Below the pieces are notes generated by a model. That model worked only from the letters and a program-made list of their open reading frames with translations. It did not search any database and had not been told where the DNA came from. 64,000 nt of DNA from positions 152,954,001-153,018,000 of the forward strand of contig NC_042999.1 of assembly GCF_006345805.1 (NCBI RefSeq). Reading direction: 5' to 3'. The position numbers were made by a program, and so were the translations under genes. Origin of the DNA: Octopus sinensis. Lineage: Eukaryota. Below, one piece after another: positions 13,051-27,929 of this stretch (position 1 is its first letter; the number at the start of each line of letters is the position of its first letter).

Positions 13051-15016
13051 TATGTATATATACATATGTATATAACAGAGAGAGAGAGGGGGGTATGTAT
13101 CCACAATTTCCCTCTTATCACCGGATAGTATGATCGTCGTTTCCCTTGATAATATATCAATTTTGGATAATAGTTTATTCTTGAGATTATCTCCCCTTTC
13201 CAAATGGAACAGTTCTCGATTACTATTTGGTAACTATGATAAACCAGCGTTTGCTGAATCTGTATTAACACTTGATTTATCCTATACTTTTCTCTCGATG
13301 TGAAATCCAATAATGTACCCTTTGTCAGCCACTTCTTCCTAAAAGTACGGCCACCAAAATATCATAGCGCAGTTAAGGCCAGTCCCATCTGCACAACCAG
13401 TGATAAAAATATTTAAACTACACTATAATTCTAAGGATTATACAAAATTTATGTGTCACTGACTAGAACTGTACTAGAAAAGCGATATTTTGTTTTGCTA
13501 AACTAAAACTGTACGTAAGAATGACTGAGGGAAGTTTTACTGACAGCTATTAGAACCATTTTTCTTCTTCCTGAAATGAAGAAAAGTGGTAGGTAATAGA
13601 CCTTTCAAACTATATGTGGAAAACAAAACTGAAGGAAATTAACAATTCTGATACCTTTTGGAATATTCTTATGCCTTCGTTCACAACAATTACTTCATTA
13701 CTTGTTGTCGTAAATCTACAACCTTTGCAATATTTTCAAATTCACTGACCACTACATGAAGTTCCCGTTTAAAGACAACTGTCCGAAACGTTATTTTTTC
13801 CCTAATTGTTATACCTCGACATATTGCCACCTCAGCGAGGCAATGAGAGAGCTTTTATCTTACCGCTCGGTTAGTCCGGTTAGAAATAGCAGCCAAATCT
13901 CCAAGATTCTCTTAAATCACCCCTTTTTTCTTAGAAATGATAGGTTTCATAAATGTATTTCTGGCTTCCTTACATTGAGGAAAGTATGTGATGGTCACGG
14001 TGGGAATCCGTTTGATCAGATGCCTTTTCGATCATGGTTGACCTGGTGTTAATAACAAAAAAAAAATGACATTGATATCTACAAAACAGTTTAGGTTACA
14101 ATATCTTGCATTATCCATGGTGTCTCTGGCGAAGACGATAGTATATGTGAATTAAAGAAGGCTTGGCCGTCACATCGAGTCGATGAAGATACTACAAAGC
14201 TACTGAAACGATGGATCGTTTCCGCTCGCTTATCTTCGTGTGGACGGGTAATTGTTACTATATCGCCATACTGTACCAAATCCATCATTTTATCTTTGGA
14301 CGAGACACGTTTGTCGTCTCAAAACTGAGGAAAATAATTAAACAAACAAACAAACAAACAATCAGAGAAACAAACAATTAAAATGGCTGCCATCTAAATA
14401 AAGATGGCAAGTATCATCTGTATCCCATGCCTGAGGGCAACGCAAATGTTTGCTGGGTTGGACATTGCGGCGTTGGTGTTGTTAATGATGGCGGTGCTGG
14501 TGTCGTTGGTGGTGGGCATGGGGATTGCATGTGGCAGTCATTAGACACTTGGGATAAACAGTCGCTATTACGATTCGTTCTATCAACCGCCAAACATTCT
14601 CTCTTTACATCTCTCTCTCTCTCTCTCTATCTTTCCCCTTAGTCATTCTACTTCCTCTTTCTCTCATACACCTCTCTTTTCCTCCCTTCTCTCTTCTATC
14701 TCCCTCTCCCGATCCGTCTCTCTCTCTCTCTCCCTTTCTGTTCGTCTACCTCTCACCACTAATCATCATTTTCTTTATGTGTAATGAATAATTCAACTTG
14801 TATTGACAATCAGATTTGCTTTTCGTTTCCTTGACACAACACACACCATTATCACCATTGTCCCACCGCCTCCTGTGTCGCACGCACACAGACACACAGA
14901 TAAACATTCACACACACATGCACACACACACACACGCATACACACAGACATACACGTTTACTTAAGCCATGCCTACCTAGAATTATGTGGACACATGGGT
15001 TGCTTTCAATCTGCAA

Positions 15017-15056
15017 ATGATAATAATAATAATAATAAAAATAATAATAATAATAA

Positions 15057-15087
<31 letters not shown>

Positions 15088-15169
15088 AAGAAGAAGCAGA
15101 AGAAGAAGAAGAAGAAGAAGAAGAAGAAGAAGAAGAAAAAGAAGAACAGCGACAACAACAACGATGATG

Positions 15170-15228
<59 letters not shown>

Positions 15229-15235
15229 TAATAAT
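15017..15235. repeat. Compound trinucleotide array (AAT)n-(AAG)n-(AAT)n
   Basis: Direct inspection. Confidence 0.95.
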
Positions 15236-15473
15236 GCATTTCACATGACTGTATGCATCAATGTCGCGCACACGACACTCTTATCCGTTGTCTTTAGGCC
15301 TAAATTGACTGCGAAAAAACCCCACCATCATTTGGTGTTAGCGTTGTAATAAGTAAAGGATAGAAAGTGAAATATACGAGGTCATTGCACGCAATACATC
15401 TTTTTTGATGACTGTATTTAGCATCGAGAATATATTTCACTGTTCTTGTGACGGAAGTGTTTATTCACTGATA

Positions 15474-15534
<61 letters not shown>

Positions 15535-15562
15535 GTTACATATAAACACATACATACATACA

Positions 15563-15629
<67 letters not shown>

Positions 15630-15656
15630 TATATATATATATATATGTGTGTGTGT

Positions 15657-15969
15657 GTGGCGGCGCAATGGCCCAGTGGTTAGGGCAGGGGACTCGCGGT
15701 CGGAGGATCGCGGTTTCGATTCCCAGACCGGGCGTTGTGAGTGTTTATTGAGCGAAAACACCTAAAGTCCCACGAGACTCCGGCAGGGGGTGGTGGCGAT
15801 CCCTGCTGTATTCTTTCGCCACAGCTTTCTCTCACTCTTTCTTCTGTTGCCCTGCTCGCTTAGCCAGCGGGGTGGCGTCATTTGAAGACTAAAACAATGC
15901 GAAGCGCATTGTGACCAGCGATGTATATCAACATCTGATGGCCTGGTCGGTCACGGTGATCACGGTGAT
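15657..15969 (+). mobile_element. SINE B, tail type 1
   Basis: Full head, body and TCACGGTGATCACGGTGAT end. Confidence 0.9.
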
Positions 15970-15992
15970 ATATATATATATATATATAAACA

Positions 15993-16170
15993 TCGGTGAG
16001 CTGGCAGAATCGTTAGCGCGCCGGGCGAAATGCTACGCGGTATTTCGTCTGACGTTACGTTCTCAGTTCAGATTCTGCCGAGGCCGATGTAATCGATTTA
16101 ATACCTTTGTCTGTTCTTGTTTGTCCCCTCTATGCTTAGGACCCCTGTGGCCAATAAAGATATACGTATG
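15993..16170 (+). mobile_element. SINE C with internal deletion
   Basis: CCGAGGCCGA joins directly to TGTAATCGA; central domain missing. Confidence 0.8.
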
Positions 16171-16206
16171 TTATATATGCAAACCAAAGATTTGCATATA
16201 TATATA

Positions 16207-16291
<85 letters not shown>

Positions 16292-16319
16292 ATGCAAATC
16301 ATATATATTTGCATATGTA

Positions 16320-16520
16320 TATATACAAATCAAACATTTGAGACAAATGGAAAAAACAAGAGTCTGTAAGACGTATACAATGAATATATTACCTAGTGAA
16401 AGTTTTAGATTGAAGAAATGGGATTGAAAAGGACGTTTCGAGCATGGCTCGTCGTCGGAAAGAGGTAAGAGTGCAGAGAAGAGATAAAGGAAGAAATAGT
16501 AGATAGTCTGGAGAAAAGCG
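16320..16520 (-). mobile_element. PLE-type terminus with hammerhead-like motif (16432-16458)
   Basis: CCGACGA-C-GAGC-CAT-GCTC-GAAACGTC; pyrimidine-rich upstream; ends at a TA-rich tract. Confidence 0.55.
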
Positions 16521-16530
16521 TTATATATAT

Positions 16531-16698
16531 AGGAGTGGCTGTGTGGTAGGTAGCTTGCTTGCCAACTACATGGTTCCGGGTTAAGTCCCACTGTATGGCA
16601 CCTCGGGGCAAGTATCTTCTGTTATAGCCTCGGGCCAACCAAAGCCTTGTGTGTGGATTTGGTAGACGGAAACTGAAAGAAGCCCGTCATATATATAT

Positions 16699-16742
<44 letters not shown>

Positions 16743-17013
16743 ATGTATATGTATATGTGTGTGTGTGTGTGTATGTATATGTATATGCATGTATATTTGT
16801 GTGTTTGTGTTTGTCGCACACCACCATCACTTGACATCCGATGTTGGGGTATTTACGTCCCCGTAACTTAGTGGTTCGTCAAAAGAGACTGAAAGAATGA
16901 GTACTAGGCTTACAACAAATAAGTCCTGAGGGTCAATTTGTTCGACTAAACGCTGTGCTCCAGTATGGCCGCAGTCAAATGACTGAAATAAATAAAGAAT
17001 TAAAGAAAAGAAT
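16531..17013 (+). mobile_element. SINE A
   Basis: Complete head, internal (TA)/(TG) tract and tail. Confidence 0.9.
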
Positions 17014-17025
17014 ATAATTTATATA

Positions 17026-17089
<64 letters not shown>

Positions 17090-17092
<3 letters not shown>

Positions 17093-17239
17093 TACTAATT
17101 TTTAATATTTTAAAAACCTTCCTGACGACCGTCTTTGTAATCCCGAAAATTATCGTAACCATTGGTCCAGCTGTCTGGCCGTGAAGTGAGACCAGACAAA
17201 GAGACGAACAGACAGACATAACGCACATTATAGTAAGAT
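17090..17239 (-). mobile_element. Helitron-type 5' end fragment
   Basis: Minus strand begins A|TCTTACTATAATG followed by TCTGTCTG repeats, like the 8455-8824 element end. Confidence 0.5.
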
Positions 17240-17323
17240 ATATGTACACACACATACGTATATAAAATATTTATTAACTGGTTTCAATTTTTGCAGAGAT
17301 CGACTTTACCTTTCCACCTTTCG

Positions 17324-18087
17324 GGGTCAAAAAGTACCAGTTGATTACTGGGGGTCAATGTAATCAACTTACCCCAAACCCGAAATTACTGGCTTTGTGC
17401 CAAAATTTGAAATTGATTAACTAGTGTTTTCACAAAAGATGTACTGGATAAAGCGTGGGTGTGTGCCTTCATATCTAACACGTTTGTTTGCATTCGTACT
17501 TGTAAAGACCTTTCGCTGTGGAAACAATCTTGGGGAAAAATTCTCTTCGTGGACAGTATGATTGAAAACACATCATTTGGCTATTTGTTTTAAGAAGATT
17601 ATTTACCCCACATTGCAGTACTTTTCCTATATATAGCAGAATACTGCTGTGCATTTTCAGATATCCCAGTCTGCGAACAACGGAAATACATTCGTCTGAC
17701 TGACTGGGTCAAAAAGTACCAGTTGATTACTGGGAGTCAACGTAATCAACTTACCCCAAACCCGAAATTACTGGCTTTGTGCCAAAATTTGAAATTGATT
17801 AACTAGTGTTTTCACAAAAGATGTACTGGATAAAGCGTAGGTGTGTGCCTTCATATCTAACACGTTTGTTTGCATTCGTACTTGTAAAGACCTTTCGTTG
17901 TGGAAACAATCTTGGGGAAAAAATCTCTTCGTGGACAGTATGATTGAAAACACATCATTTGGCTATTTGTTTTAAGAAGATTATTTACCCCACATTGCAG
18001 TACTTTTCCTATATATATAGCAGAATACTGCTGTGCATTTTCAGATGTCCCAGTCTGCGAACAACGGAAATACATTCGTGTGACTGA
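17324..18087. repeat. Tandem duplication with 382-bp unit, starting inside a SINE C fragment (17295-17420)
   Basis: GGGTCAAAAAGTACC at 17324 and 17706; identical ORF translations offset by 382. Confidence 0.9.
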
Positions 18088-18280
18088 CGGCGATTCAATC
18101 TCCAACAGGCAGCAACACTAGTCTTATACATTACACCATTGCCTTTCATTGTCACTTCGGTCACAACAGTGGACCTGCTAATACGAATCAGCCTCCTCTG
18201 TATTTTGTCCACCCATCTTTTCCTCTTACATCTCCCTCATTGCATCCCTCAACATCATTTACGAAGCGTTTAACACAGTT

Positions 18281-18690
18281 TATTCTTTTCATTCGTTTAC
18301 TTGTTTCAGTCATTTGACTGCGGCCATGCTGGAGCACCGCCTTTAATCGAGCAAACCGACCCCGGGACTTATTCTTTTGTAAGCCCAGTACTTATTCTAT
18401 CGGTCTCTTTTGCCGAACCGCTAAGTGACGGCCACGTAAACACACCAGCATCGGTTGTCAAGCAATGCTAGGGGGACAAACACAGACACACAAACATACA
18501 CACGCATATATATATATACATATATACGACGGGCTTCTTTCAGTTTCCGTCTACCAAATCCACTCACAAGGCTTTGGTCGGCCCGAGGCTATAGTAGAAG
18601 ACACTTGCCCAAGGTGCCACGCAGTGGGACTGAACCCGGAACCATGTGGTTGGTAAACACGCTACTTACCACACAGCCACTCCTGCGCCT
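18281..18690 (-). mobile_element. SINE A, full length with short internal microsatellite
   Basis: AGGCGCAGGAGTGGCTGTGTGGT head through GACTGAAACAAGTAAAC tail. Confidence 0.92.
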
Positions 18691-19255
18691 AGTTTGTTTC
18701 TTAAAGCTCAAGACCTTTGGCAGTTTCTTTTTGTCGATGCTTTGTCTTTAAACCTTAGCTTGAAAAAGCTCATACTTAAAATCAGCCACACTAATCTCTT
18801 CTGTACAGAACAGTCTCTAATAATCATGGACTCTGTTGCTACTCAGATTCCTTCATTTTGAATTTAAGTTGCAATGTTGTTAACAGTCCGAATTTGTTTG
18901 ATGCACGTTCGAACTGGGGAACAAGTTATTCTCTGTGTTTTGTCACGGAGAATATATCTCGCTTGTTGATAAATGGTGTATACTCTCCTAGATCAGCTCG
19001 CAGCGCCACCTACCTAGACTGTGAAATGCTAGCATTTCGGAGTAGTTATCTGCTCAACGATTGCAGATACTAGGCAGACGACGAGTTTAATTAAGAGATT
19101 ATCCTCTTCCCTGGCTTATATGCTTTACAAATTTTATACTAAAAGTAGCATTCAAATAAAAATTTCTGACCGTTCACCTTTTACACTGTTTATTCAAGAA
19201 TAGTAACTCGATCCTTCTTACGTTTCTTAACTTCGTTATTATACACACACACCAC

Positions 19256-19288
<33 letters not shown>

Positions 19289-19289
19289 G

Positions 19290-19415
19290 TATATATAGTT
19301 AATCCAAACATGAACAAACAGAAAACACAACAACGCGAGGACATGGAACAAATATAGTATTGTTGGATGCTCGGGAAAGGAAAGAAAGAAGGAGGGTTTA
19401 ACGTTTTGAGCGTTT
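19290..19415 (-). mobile_element. PLE-type terminus fragment with partial hammerhead-like motif
   Basis: CGCTCAAAACGTT...CCCGAGC...TTTGGATTAACTATAT, similar to 49215-49350. Confidence 0.5.
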
Positions 19416-20109
19416 GTATTCATATGTATACAAACACACTTATATATAGGCTGGATTCTGCATGATATTACTACAAATTATTGAACTACCAAGTTTATTA
19501 TTTAACTGCTTCGATACTTGTAAAGACCTTTCGCTGTGGAAGCAATCTTGGGGAAAAATTAGCAGTTGCCATTAGCAGTGTGAATGCAGCGTAAAACAGT
19601 GATTCAAAGGTCTGCACTGAATGTGTCAGACACATCTTATAGCGTCATATCCGCATAGAAGATATCTCATCGTCTCGCAACATGAAAAACTTGATGAAAA
19701 CGTTTCGACGTCTCCCAACACGGAAGCATAATCTGACCATAGGTGTCTATGTCATGTGAACAGGAGACACGTTCCCGAATGGTTGATCACAATCGTTGGA
19801 GTATAATTATAAGTATTAGCTTTTTTCAGCTAGTACCTTCTGAAAGTTAGTGTCACTACCGTCCAAGGGTGACCAACAGCACTTTGTCTTTGACTTGTAG
19901 AGTGATTAAGCATTTCTAATCTTGAAAGCTGCTTAGTTGTCAATAATTTATTTTTATTGTTTTTTCGTCGAGGTAATATTATCCTGGTGTCACTTTTTTC
20001 TTTTTTCTGATGAGTTTAATTAGGAAGTTGACAATTACAACGTTGGTCATGGTATGGGAATGTGGGGAGAGGGAGAAGACGTTGAAAAAGAGTATGTGAA
20101 GGAGAATTA

Positions 20110-20311
20110 AAAACAATCACATTGGTAATGATGGCAGTGATGATGGTTGTGATGGTGATGGTATGACGATGATGACGGCAATGATGATGATGGTAATGAT
20201 GAAGAAGCTATTGAGAAAGACGAAGGCGAGGACGGCGACGATGATGTGGACAACAACAAAGACAGCGGAGACGTCGATGATGATGATGATGGTGGGGTGG
20301 TGGTGGTGGTG

Positions 20312-20344
<33 letters not shown>

Positions 20345-22100
20345 TTGCTGTTACTGGTGATATCACTAATGATGATGATGATGATGAAGACGACGTCAAC
20401 GATCATGAAAACTAGGATTATGAGATACATGATGAAGATGAAGTTGGTGGCGCTGATAGATGGGGGGGGGGCGAAGGTTCGCAGTGATAACAGTGGTGAC
20501 AGCGGTGGTGGAGCTTGTGACGCTGATGTTGGCGGTGATCATTATCATAATGATCATCACCATAATTAATTATTATTGTTCATTGGTTTGTTATGCATGA
20601 ATGATAGCGGTATAATTAAAACTTGAACGTGAAGGAGAAGAAAGAGAAAGAGAGAGAGAAAAAAGGTAAAATAATGCAAAAACAAAATGAAAAACAAACC
20701 AACAAATGAAAAGAGAACAAAATAGCAAAAACATAAAGAAGCATGTAACAAAGAAATAAAAATTAACTATAAAACAAAACGATAAATAACGTAATAAATA
20801 GCCAACAACAACGAACAACATGGCAAAAAACCCCACAAAAACACAAATAGAAAATGAAACAAATTGTCCGCTATCTCCATAGATGTTACCACCACCGCGA
20901 CTACCACCACATCACCACCACCACCACCACCACAACTACCACCACCACCACCACCACCACCACCTTCACAACAACATCAACAACAATAACAATGATAATA
21001 ATCATGATGATGACCCAATAACACACTCAACATCCCAACCATCAAGTCAATAACATAATAATAATAATAATAATAATCATAATATGATGATGATGATCAT
21101 GATGAATACAATAAGAATAATAACAATAACAATAATAAAATAATAATAATAATTAATAATAATATATAATAATTATAATAATAATGATGATGATACTACA
21201 TGATAATAATAATAATATATAATAATAATAATAATAATGATATAATAATAAATAATAATAATAATAATATAATAATAATAATAATAATAATAATGATAAT
21301 TGTCACCACCATAACGCCACCACTTCCCCAGTATTCATCACGATCGTCTTCATTACCATTAAGATACTATCACTGCCACCACACCATTATCATCAACCAG
21401 TCAAAGCTTACCACCGCCGCCGCCACCACTACCACCAACTTCGCCAGCACCCACCGCTCACCCCACCACTGCCTTCAACAATATTGTCCCCGCCTTCACC
21501 ACCAGCACCATCACTACCACCACTACTACTACTGCTATCACCGCCACCACCAACATCAACATGACCGTTGCCGACATCACCCCCCCCCCATCTGTTCCAT
21601 CATCTATCTCTCCGTTAGCATCACCACTACGCCACTATTTCTACTATTTTTACCATCAGTTCCATAACCACCACCACCACCACCACCACCACTACCACCC
21701 CACCCCCACCACCACCACCACCACCACCACCATCGCCGCCGCCACCGCCGCCATCTCCACCATCACCACCACCACCACCACCACTACCACCACCCCACCA
21801 CCACCACACCACCACCACCACTACCACCCCACCACCACCACCACCACCACCACCACCACCACCATCGCCGCCGCCACCGCCGCCATCTCCACCATCACGT
21901 GCTATCACTAATATCACTGCTACAGCTAACATCAGCACAGCCTCCATCACTATCACCATCACCACAGCCATCATTATCACCAACATCACCGCCACAGCCA
22001 ACGACACCATGACCACCTCTACCCCAATCACCACCACTACTACCATCACCAACATCATGTCACAACCACCAACAACGCCTCAACCATTGTCACTAACATC
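20110..22100. repeat. Mosaic trinucleotide low-complexity region (GAT/GGT/GCT/AAT/CCA)
   Basis: Direct inspection; ~130-bp internal duplication near 21720/21850. Confidence 0.9.
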
Positions 22101-22159
22101 AACATCACCACAGCCAACGTAACCACTGCAATGCTTTCCTTACAAAATTCACCATTCCA

Positions 22160-22660
22160 CTCCGTCACCCTCCGTCTTTTTTCGTCTACTCCCGTCATTC
22201 TTCTGTCTCCCTCTGTCTTTCTCCATTTTCCGTCTTTCTCCGTCAACTCCCGTCTTTCGTCCGTCTCCCTCACACTCCCTCCGTCTTTCCTCCGTCTTCT
22301 TCCATCTACACCCGTCATTCTTCTGTCTCCCTCTGTCTTTCTCCATCTCCTTCCGTCTCCCTCCGTCAACTCCCGTCTTTCGTCCGTCTCCCTCACACTC
22401 CCTCCGTCTTCTTCCGTCTACTCCCGTCTTTCTTCCGTCTGCTTCTGTCTCCCTCTGTCTACTCAAGTCTTTCTTCCGTCCTCCCTCCGATTCTCTCCGT
22501 TTTTCTCCCGTCTTTACCCCGTCTTCTATCTACTCCCGTCTTTCCTCCGTCTTCTTCCGTCTTCCCCCGATTCCCTCCGCTTTTGCCCCGTCTTTACCCC
22601 GTCTTCTTCTGTCTATTCCCGTCTTTCCTCCGTCTCCTTCCGTCTTCTTCCGTCTTCCTC
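22160..22660. repeat. CCGTCT-based pyrimidine satellite with ~120-bp tandem unit
   Basis: CCCGTCATTCTTCTGTCTCCCTCTGTC repeats at a 120-bp offset (about 22191 and 22311). Confidence 0.8.
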
Positions 22661-23094
22661 TCTCACTATCACTCAGGCCATGCTACCGTCTTGCACATTA
22701 TTTGAATATCTCTGTGCTTACAGACAAATATTACTCTTAGCTAACACAGCAATTATCTTGACTTATTCAGCCAAACATAATATACATCGTTTTTGCCCGG
22801 ATACTCAGCTACCCTCCCTAAATTCTTCCAACTCCATCACCATCATCACCAACAGCAACAACATCATCTACAACATCAACATCACACAACCTCTTCCAAC
22901 CCTGCAACCTCCACCGTCGCAACCATCATGACGCCACCACGGTACCATTAAGATAAGAACTCTACGATTCCACCACTACCACAACCACTATAGACGCCCG
23001 AACACCACTTTGACAGCAACACCGTTGCAACAAATGCCACCACCATAATATAGTAGTATGACACTGACATAAACCACCACCGCCACCGCCACCA

Positions 23095-23128
<34 letters not shown>

Positions 23129-23199
23129 AAACACAATCTCCATTATGGCCATCACATCACCTTGACACCACCCCCACCAACATCACAAACATGACACTA

Positions 23200-23570
23200 C
23201 TGTGACAATACTTGTACTTGCAGTGGTATTCACTCGAGATGGATTTAGCCGGCTCCGATCATGTTCAAACTTTCATTGGGGATACAAGTTCGCATGTGGT
23301 CCCCGCTCACATGTATACAAACTTTGGGGTAGTTATCCGTAGCAACTCATCTTGCCGTCACAAGAGATTCGCTGACCAAATAACCGTCGATTATCAGAGC
23401 AGACGTACCTGGTTTTGAAGCAGGTTCTAGAGACATGCTTTAACAAAACCTCAGGGGTGTCTCACTCGCAGAGGTTTTCCAGAACGCTGGATATCAACCC
23501 AGAATTTCTGAGAGCCTGTGCTATTGCTAGATAATCGTTGAACCTTCACTAGGTTCATCCGTCCTTTTGA
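23200..23570 (+). mobile_element. Old interspersed repeat, second copy of 1085-1480
   Basis: Shared blocks GATGGATTTAGCCGG, CTAGAGACATGCTTTA and GTTGAACCT-CACTAGGTTCATCCGT. Confidence 0.45.
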
Positions 23571-24096
23571 CAGATTTTGTTTTTAGTTCCTGCTGAGTTT
23601 CTAGCAACCTTCATCACCAGGCGAGCTTAATAGAAGGGTCGGCTTAGCCGCCGCCGACACAACAATACAGCAGTTTGGACTGGATCCCATATCAACAGTA
23701 GCACCCACGTGAGACCTCACAGGTGATCTGACACTGCGAGAGGGACACCATATTACTAGATACTACCACAACAATACCACTCCAATACGAACACCACGAC
23801 ATCATCTCAACAGTACCATACCACTATTTCACCACCAACAACAACAACGCCACAACCGCTACAATCACCAAACCCGCCACCATTTCTTCACGCACTAGTC
23901 GCACTTCCTCCACCCTTCTCTTCCCATTTTCCTCTTCTGCTCTTCCTCTTCTTTCTATTGTTTCAAAACACGTTTCCTTTCCTTCTTTTTGTTTTCGGAC
24001 CTTTTCGTTGTTTTATTAGTTTCATATATTCAAATATTTGTTAATAATGCAATTTTTGTTATCACTTTGCTGCTACTGCTGCTGTTGTTGTTGTTA

Positions 24097-24345
24097 AGAC
24101 GCAGATGTCGTTGTGTGGTAAGAAGATTGATGCCCAACTAGATGGTCCCGAGTTCAGTCCCACTACAGACCACCTTGGGTAACTATCTTCTCCTAGAGCC
24201 TCGGGACGACAGAAGTCTTGTGAGTGGGTTTGGTAAACGGAAACTGAAAGAAGCCCGTCATGTATATGTATGTATATATGTATGTATATATATAATATAT
24301 ATGCATATATACATGCGTATATGTACATACATCTATACGTATAAT

Positions 24346-24403
<58 letters not shown>

Positions 24404-24660
24404 GTATGTATGTATATATGCAATATATGGGGTAGCTCTTTGTGCTTGTGTCTTGAGCCCCCACTCCACTGCTTAACTTGACAACCGGTGTAGGTACGTT
24501 TATGCTCCGGTAACCTGGCGATTCAGTAAAAGCGATCGATAGAATACGCACCAGGCATAAACTAATAACAAATATGTATTGGAGTCGATTCGTCGACTAA
24601 GATTCTTCAGCCTGGAGTCCAGCATGGCGGCAGTCTAATGACTTGAACAAGTAAAATAAC
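24097..24660 (+). mobile_element. SINE A, diverged
   Basis: Head, GAAACTGAAAGAAGCCCGTC, microsatellite, tail. Confidence 0.8.
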
Positions 24661-24929
24661 AAAGATAAAGATATTTCTATGTCGTAATAAAGGATAAAAA
24701 GGGGGAGGATACTAGTGGGTAGGGCCCACAAGACTGATTGACAGCAGGTAAGGGGGAAGGTAAGGGACACAGAAACAGCAGCTATTGTTGCATGAAAAAG
24801 AAGCAAGACCTTAAGTTAAGACGGTTATTTACATTCTTTCCTCTCAACAAACATGAATACCTGCAATAAAGTTACCCTGATTAAACATCCCATATAATGG
24901 TGGCTTTAAACGGGATGACCACCCAAGAA

Positions 24930-26650
24930 CAGGTACAGTGACACGGGTAGAATGTCTGTTAATACCAGATTCTCCGTCCATTATTTCTCACTTTCTGATA
25001 TGTTGTCTATTCTGTATTTTATGTAGTTTGTTCTTAGTGCTTGCTCTTAGTGCTTGCTCTTGGGCAGCACAGATTACAGCCTCCGTTTCCAGTTTTAAAT
25101 TACTTTTAGTCATGTTCAGCCATATTTTTTCTCTGTCTGTCTTATCTTCAGCATTCCTATGAAATTGACCATGCTTTCTTTCCTTTACCCACCTATTTTC
25201 AGTTTCATTCATTTTCAATTTCTTGTATAGTGCTTTATCTTTGCAATCTTTCATCCTACGCAAGCCTGACCTTCTTACTTCTAATAATAGCGATTATGTG
25301 GCATTTTTAACAAACCATGCTATGCTGCTTTCTCCTGCTCTAATGCTGCGTTCGCATCCAATAAGTTCTCTTCCTCCTCTTTTTCTTGGTACATACAGTC
25401 TGTCTGTGTCACTTTTTTGGTGGAGTGTCCCATATCTAGTTAGCAATTTCATTGTCTTCGTGTCTAAGCTGTTTAGTTCGTCTACTCTCCATGTGATTAC
25501 CCCTGTTCCGTATCTAAGGAGTGAAACCACCCAGGTGTTGATAGCTTCGATCTTATTCCGTCCGCTTAATTTCGACTTAAGTATCAGTCTCAGTCTGCGC
25601 AAGTACTCCACCTTAAATGTTTCTGTCATTTCTTCCTCCATCAATTTATTCATTTCCAAAATCCACTAGTACTTACAGCCTGTCTCTTCTATTTGCTTCA
25701 TGACCTCCCCCGATGGTATTGCTAGCCCGCCCATACATTTGATTTTGCCTATCTTCAAAACTAACTCATCATATTTTCTCAGTCCGTACTCCATTCTGAT
25801 ATCAGCACTGAAGGTATACACCATATCAACGAGGGAACTGACTTGGGCTTCATCTTTTCCATAAAGTTTGAGGTCATCTATGAATAACAAATGGTCGACT
25901 TTTTGTTGGCGTCTTTTGAATACATACCTAGCTTTTGCTTTCCTCGGAATCAGTGTTAGTGGTATCAAGCACAGTACAAAGGTCAGTGGGGACAGGCAGT
26001 CTCCTTGGAAGAAGCCCCTCCTAATTTCTACTGTCCCTAAGCTTCTTCCGTATGCTGTCAGATCCGTCCTCCAATTCGCCATAATTTTTCCAAGCAATCG
26101 CTCAACGTTCGATGCAATACCAAATAGGTTCGTACATTCCATAATCCAATAATGTGGGATCATGTCGTACGCCTTACGGTAGTCGATCCATGACATGGCT
26201 AAGTTACTTTTCCTCCTCTTGCAGTCTCTAAGTACAGCTTTGTCAATCAGGAGTTGATCCTTGGTACCTCTGCACTTATGCAACCCTTCTGCTCATGTGG
26301 CACGACTCCCTCTTTTTCCAGTTCGTACATTGACTCTGCGAGTATTCCAGTCAATAATTTCCACATAAGTGACAAACAAGATATCGGCCTGTAATTGTCT
26401 ACCGCATTGCCTTTTTCGATGATTTTTCAAGCACAGCACTGTCCTATCCAACGGTGTTACTTGGACGGCATTTAACAAGGTGTTGAGTTGAGCAGCTATT
26501 CGTGCATGACATTCACCAGATCTTTTGATCCAGTAACCTTGAACTTTATCTGGTCCCGGAGCCTTCCAGTCGCTCTTTTTTTTTTTTCTTTTTTCGATGA
26601 TTTCCTTTACTTTCCTAACTGAAATGACTACTTCTTGCCTGTTTTGGACA
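24930..26650 (-). mobile_element. R4/Dong-clade non-LTR retrotransposon RT region, frameshifted and 5'-truncated
   Basis: [77 protein letters not shown]; 5' end abuts (TAA)n. Confidence 0.9.
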
Positions 26651-26659
26651 GACTACAGT

Positions 26660-26692
26660 TTATTATTATCTCTATTTTTATTATTATTATTG

Positions 26693-26742
<50 letters not shown>

Positions 26743-26750
26743 TACTTTAC

Positions 26751-26796
<46 letters not shown>

Positions 26797-27206
26797 GTTA
26801 TTGTTGTTGTTATTGTTGTTGTAATTATTGTTATTGTTATTATTGTTGTCATTATTGTTATTATAAATATTATTATTATTATATTGTTATGTTATTGCTA
26901 TTGTTGTTGTTGTTGTGTTGTTGTTGATGTTTTGTTGTTATTATTGTTGTTATTATTATATTATTATATAAATATTATTATTATTATTGTTATTATATTA
27001 TTGTTGTTGTTGTTGTTCTTCTTATTCTTCTTATTTATTATTTTATTATGTTATTATCATTATTATTATATTGTTATTTTTATTATTATTGTTGTGTTGT
27101 TGTTGTTGATTGTTGTTGTTTATATTTTGTTATTATTATTATTATATTATAAATATTATTATTATTATTATTATATTATTACTACTTACTATAATTATTA
27201 TTATTA

Positions 27207-27242
<36 letters not shown>

Positions 27243-27569
27243 CATTTATTGGCGTCTGCTGTTGCTGATATTGCAGCTTTTTTTTTCTTTTCTGTTATCG
27301 TTGTTGACAATCGTTTTGTGTATGTCTTCCAGTTGTCGATGTAGTGTCATCTTGTTGTAGTCGTTGTTGTTGTTGTTGTTATTGCTATCATCGTTTTCAT
27401 TATTATTGCCGTTGTTGTTGTTATTATTATTGTTATTGTTATTAATATCATTATTGCTCTTTGATCTTTATTTTTCTGCATTTCTTTTTTCTTTATATTT
27501 TTTTTCATATTGTTTCCGCTACTGTATTTCTTGTTTATTATTTTATTGCCGGTGAGTTCTAGAAATGAT

Positions 27570-27620
<51 letters not shown>

Positions 27621-27866
27621 CACCACCGCCACTACCACACCACCGCCACTCCCACACCACCACCACTACTACCACCACTATCACCGCCACTACTACTCCC
27701 ATCACCACCATCACCACCACCTCCTCTACATCTTCCTCTACCTCTTTCTCCTCCTCCTCTTCCTCCTTCTCATTCTCCTCCTCCTCCTACTACTACTACT
27801 ACTACTACCATCACCACCATCACCACCACCACTACTACTACTACCACCACCACCACCACCACTATC

Positions 27867-27929
<63 letters not shown>

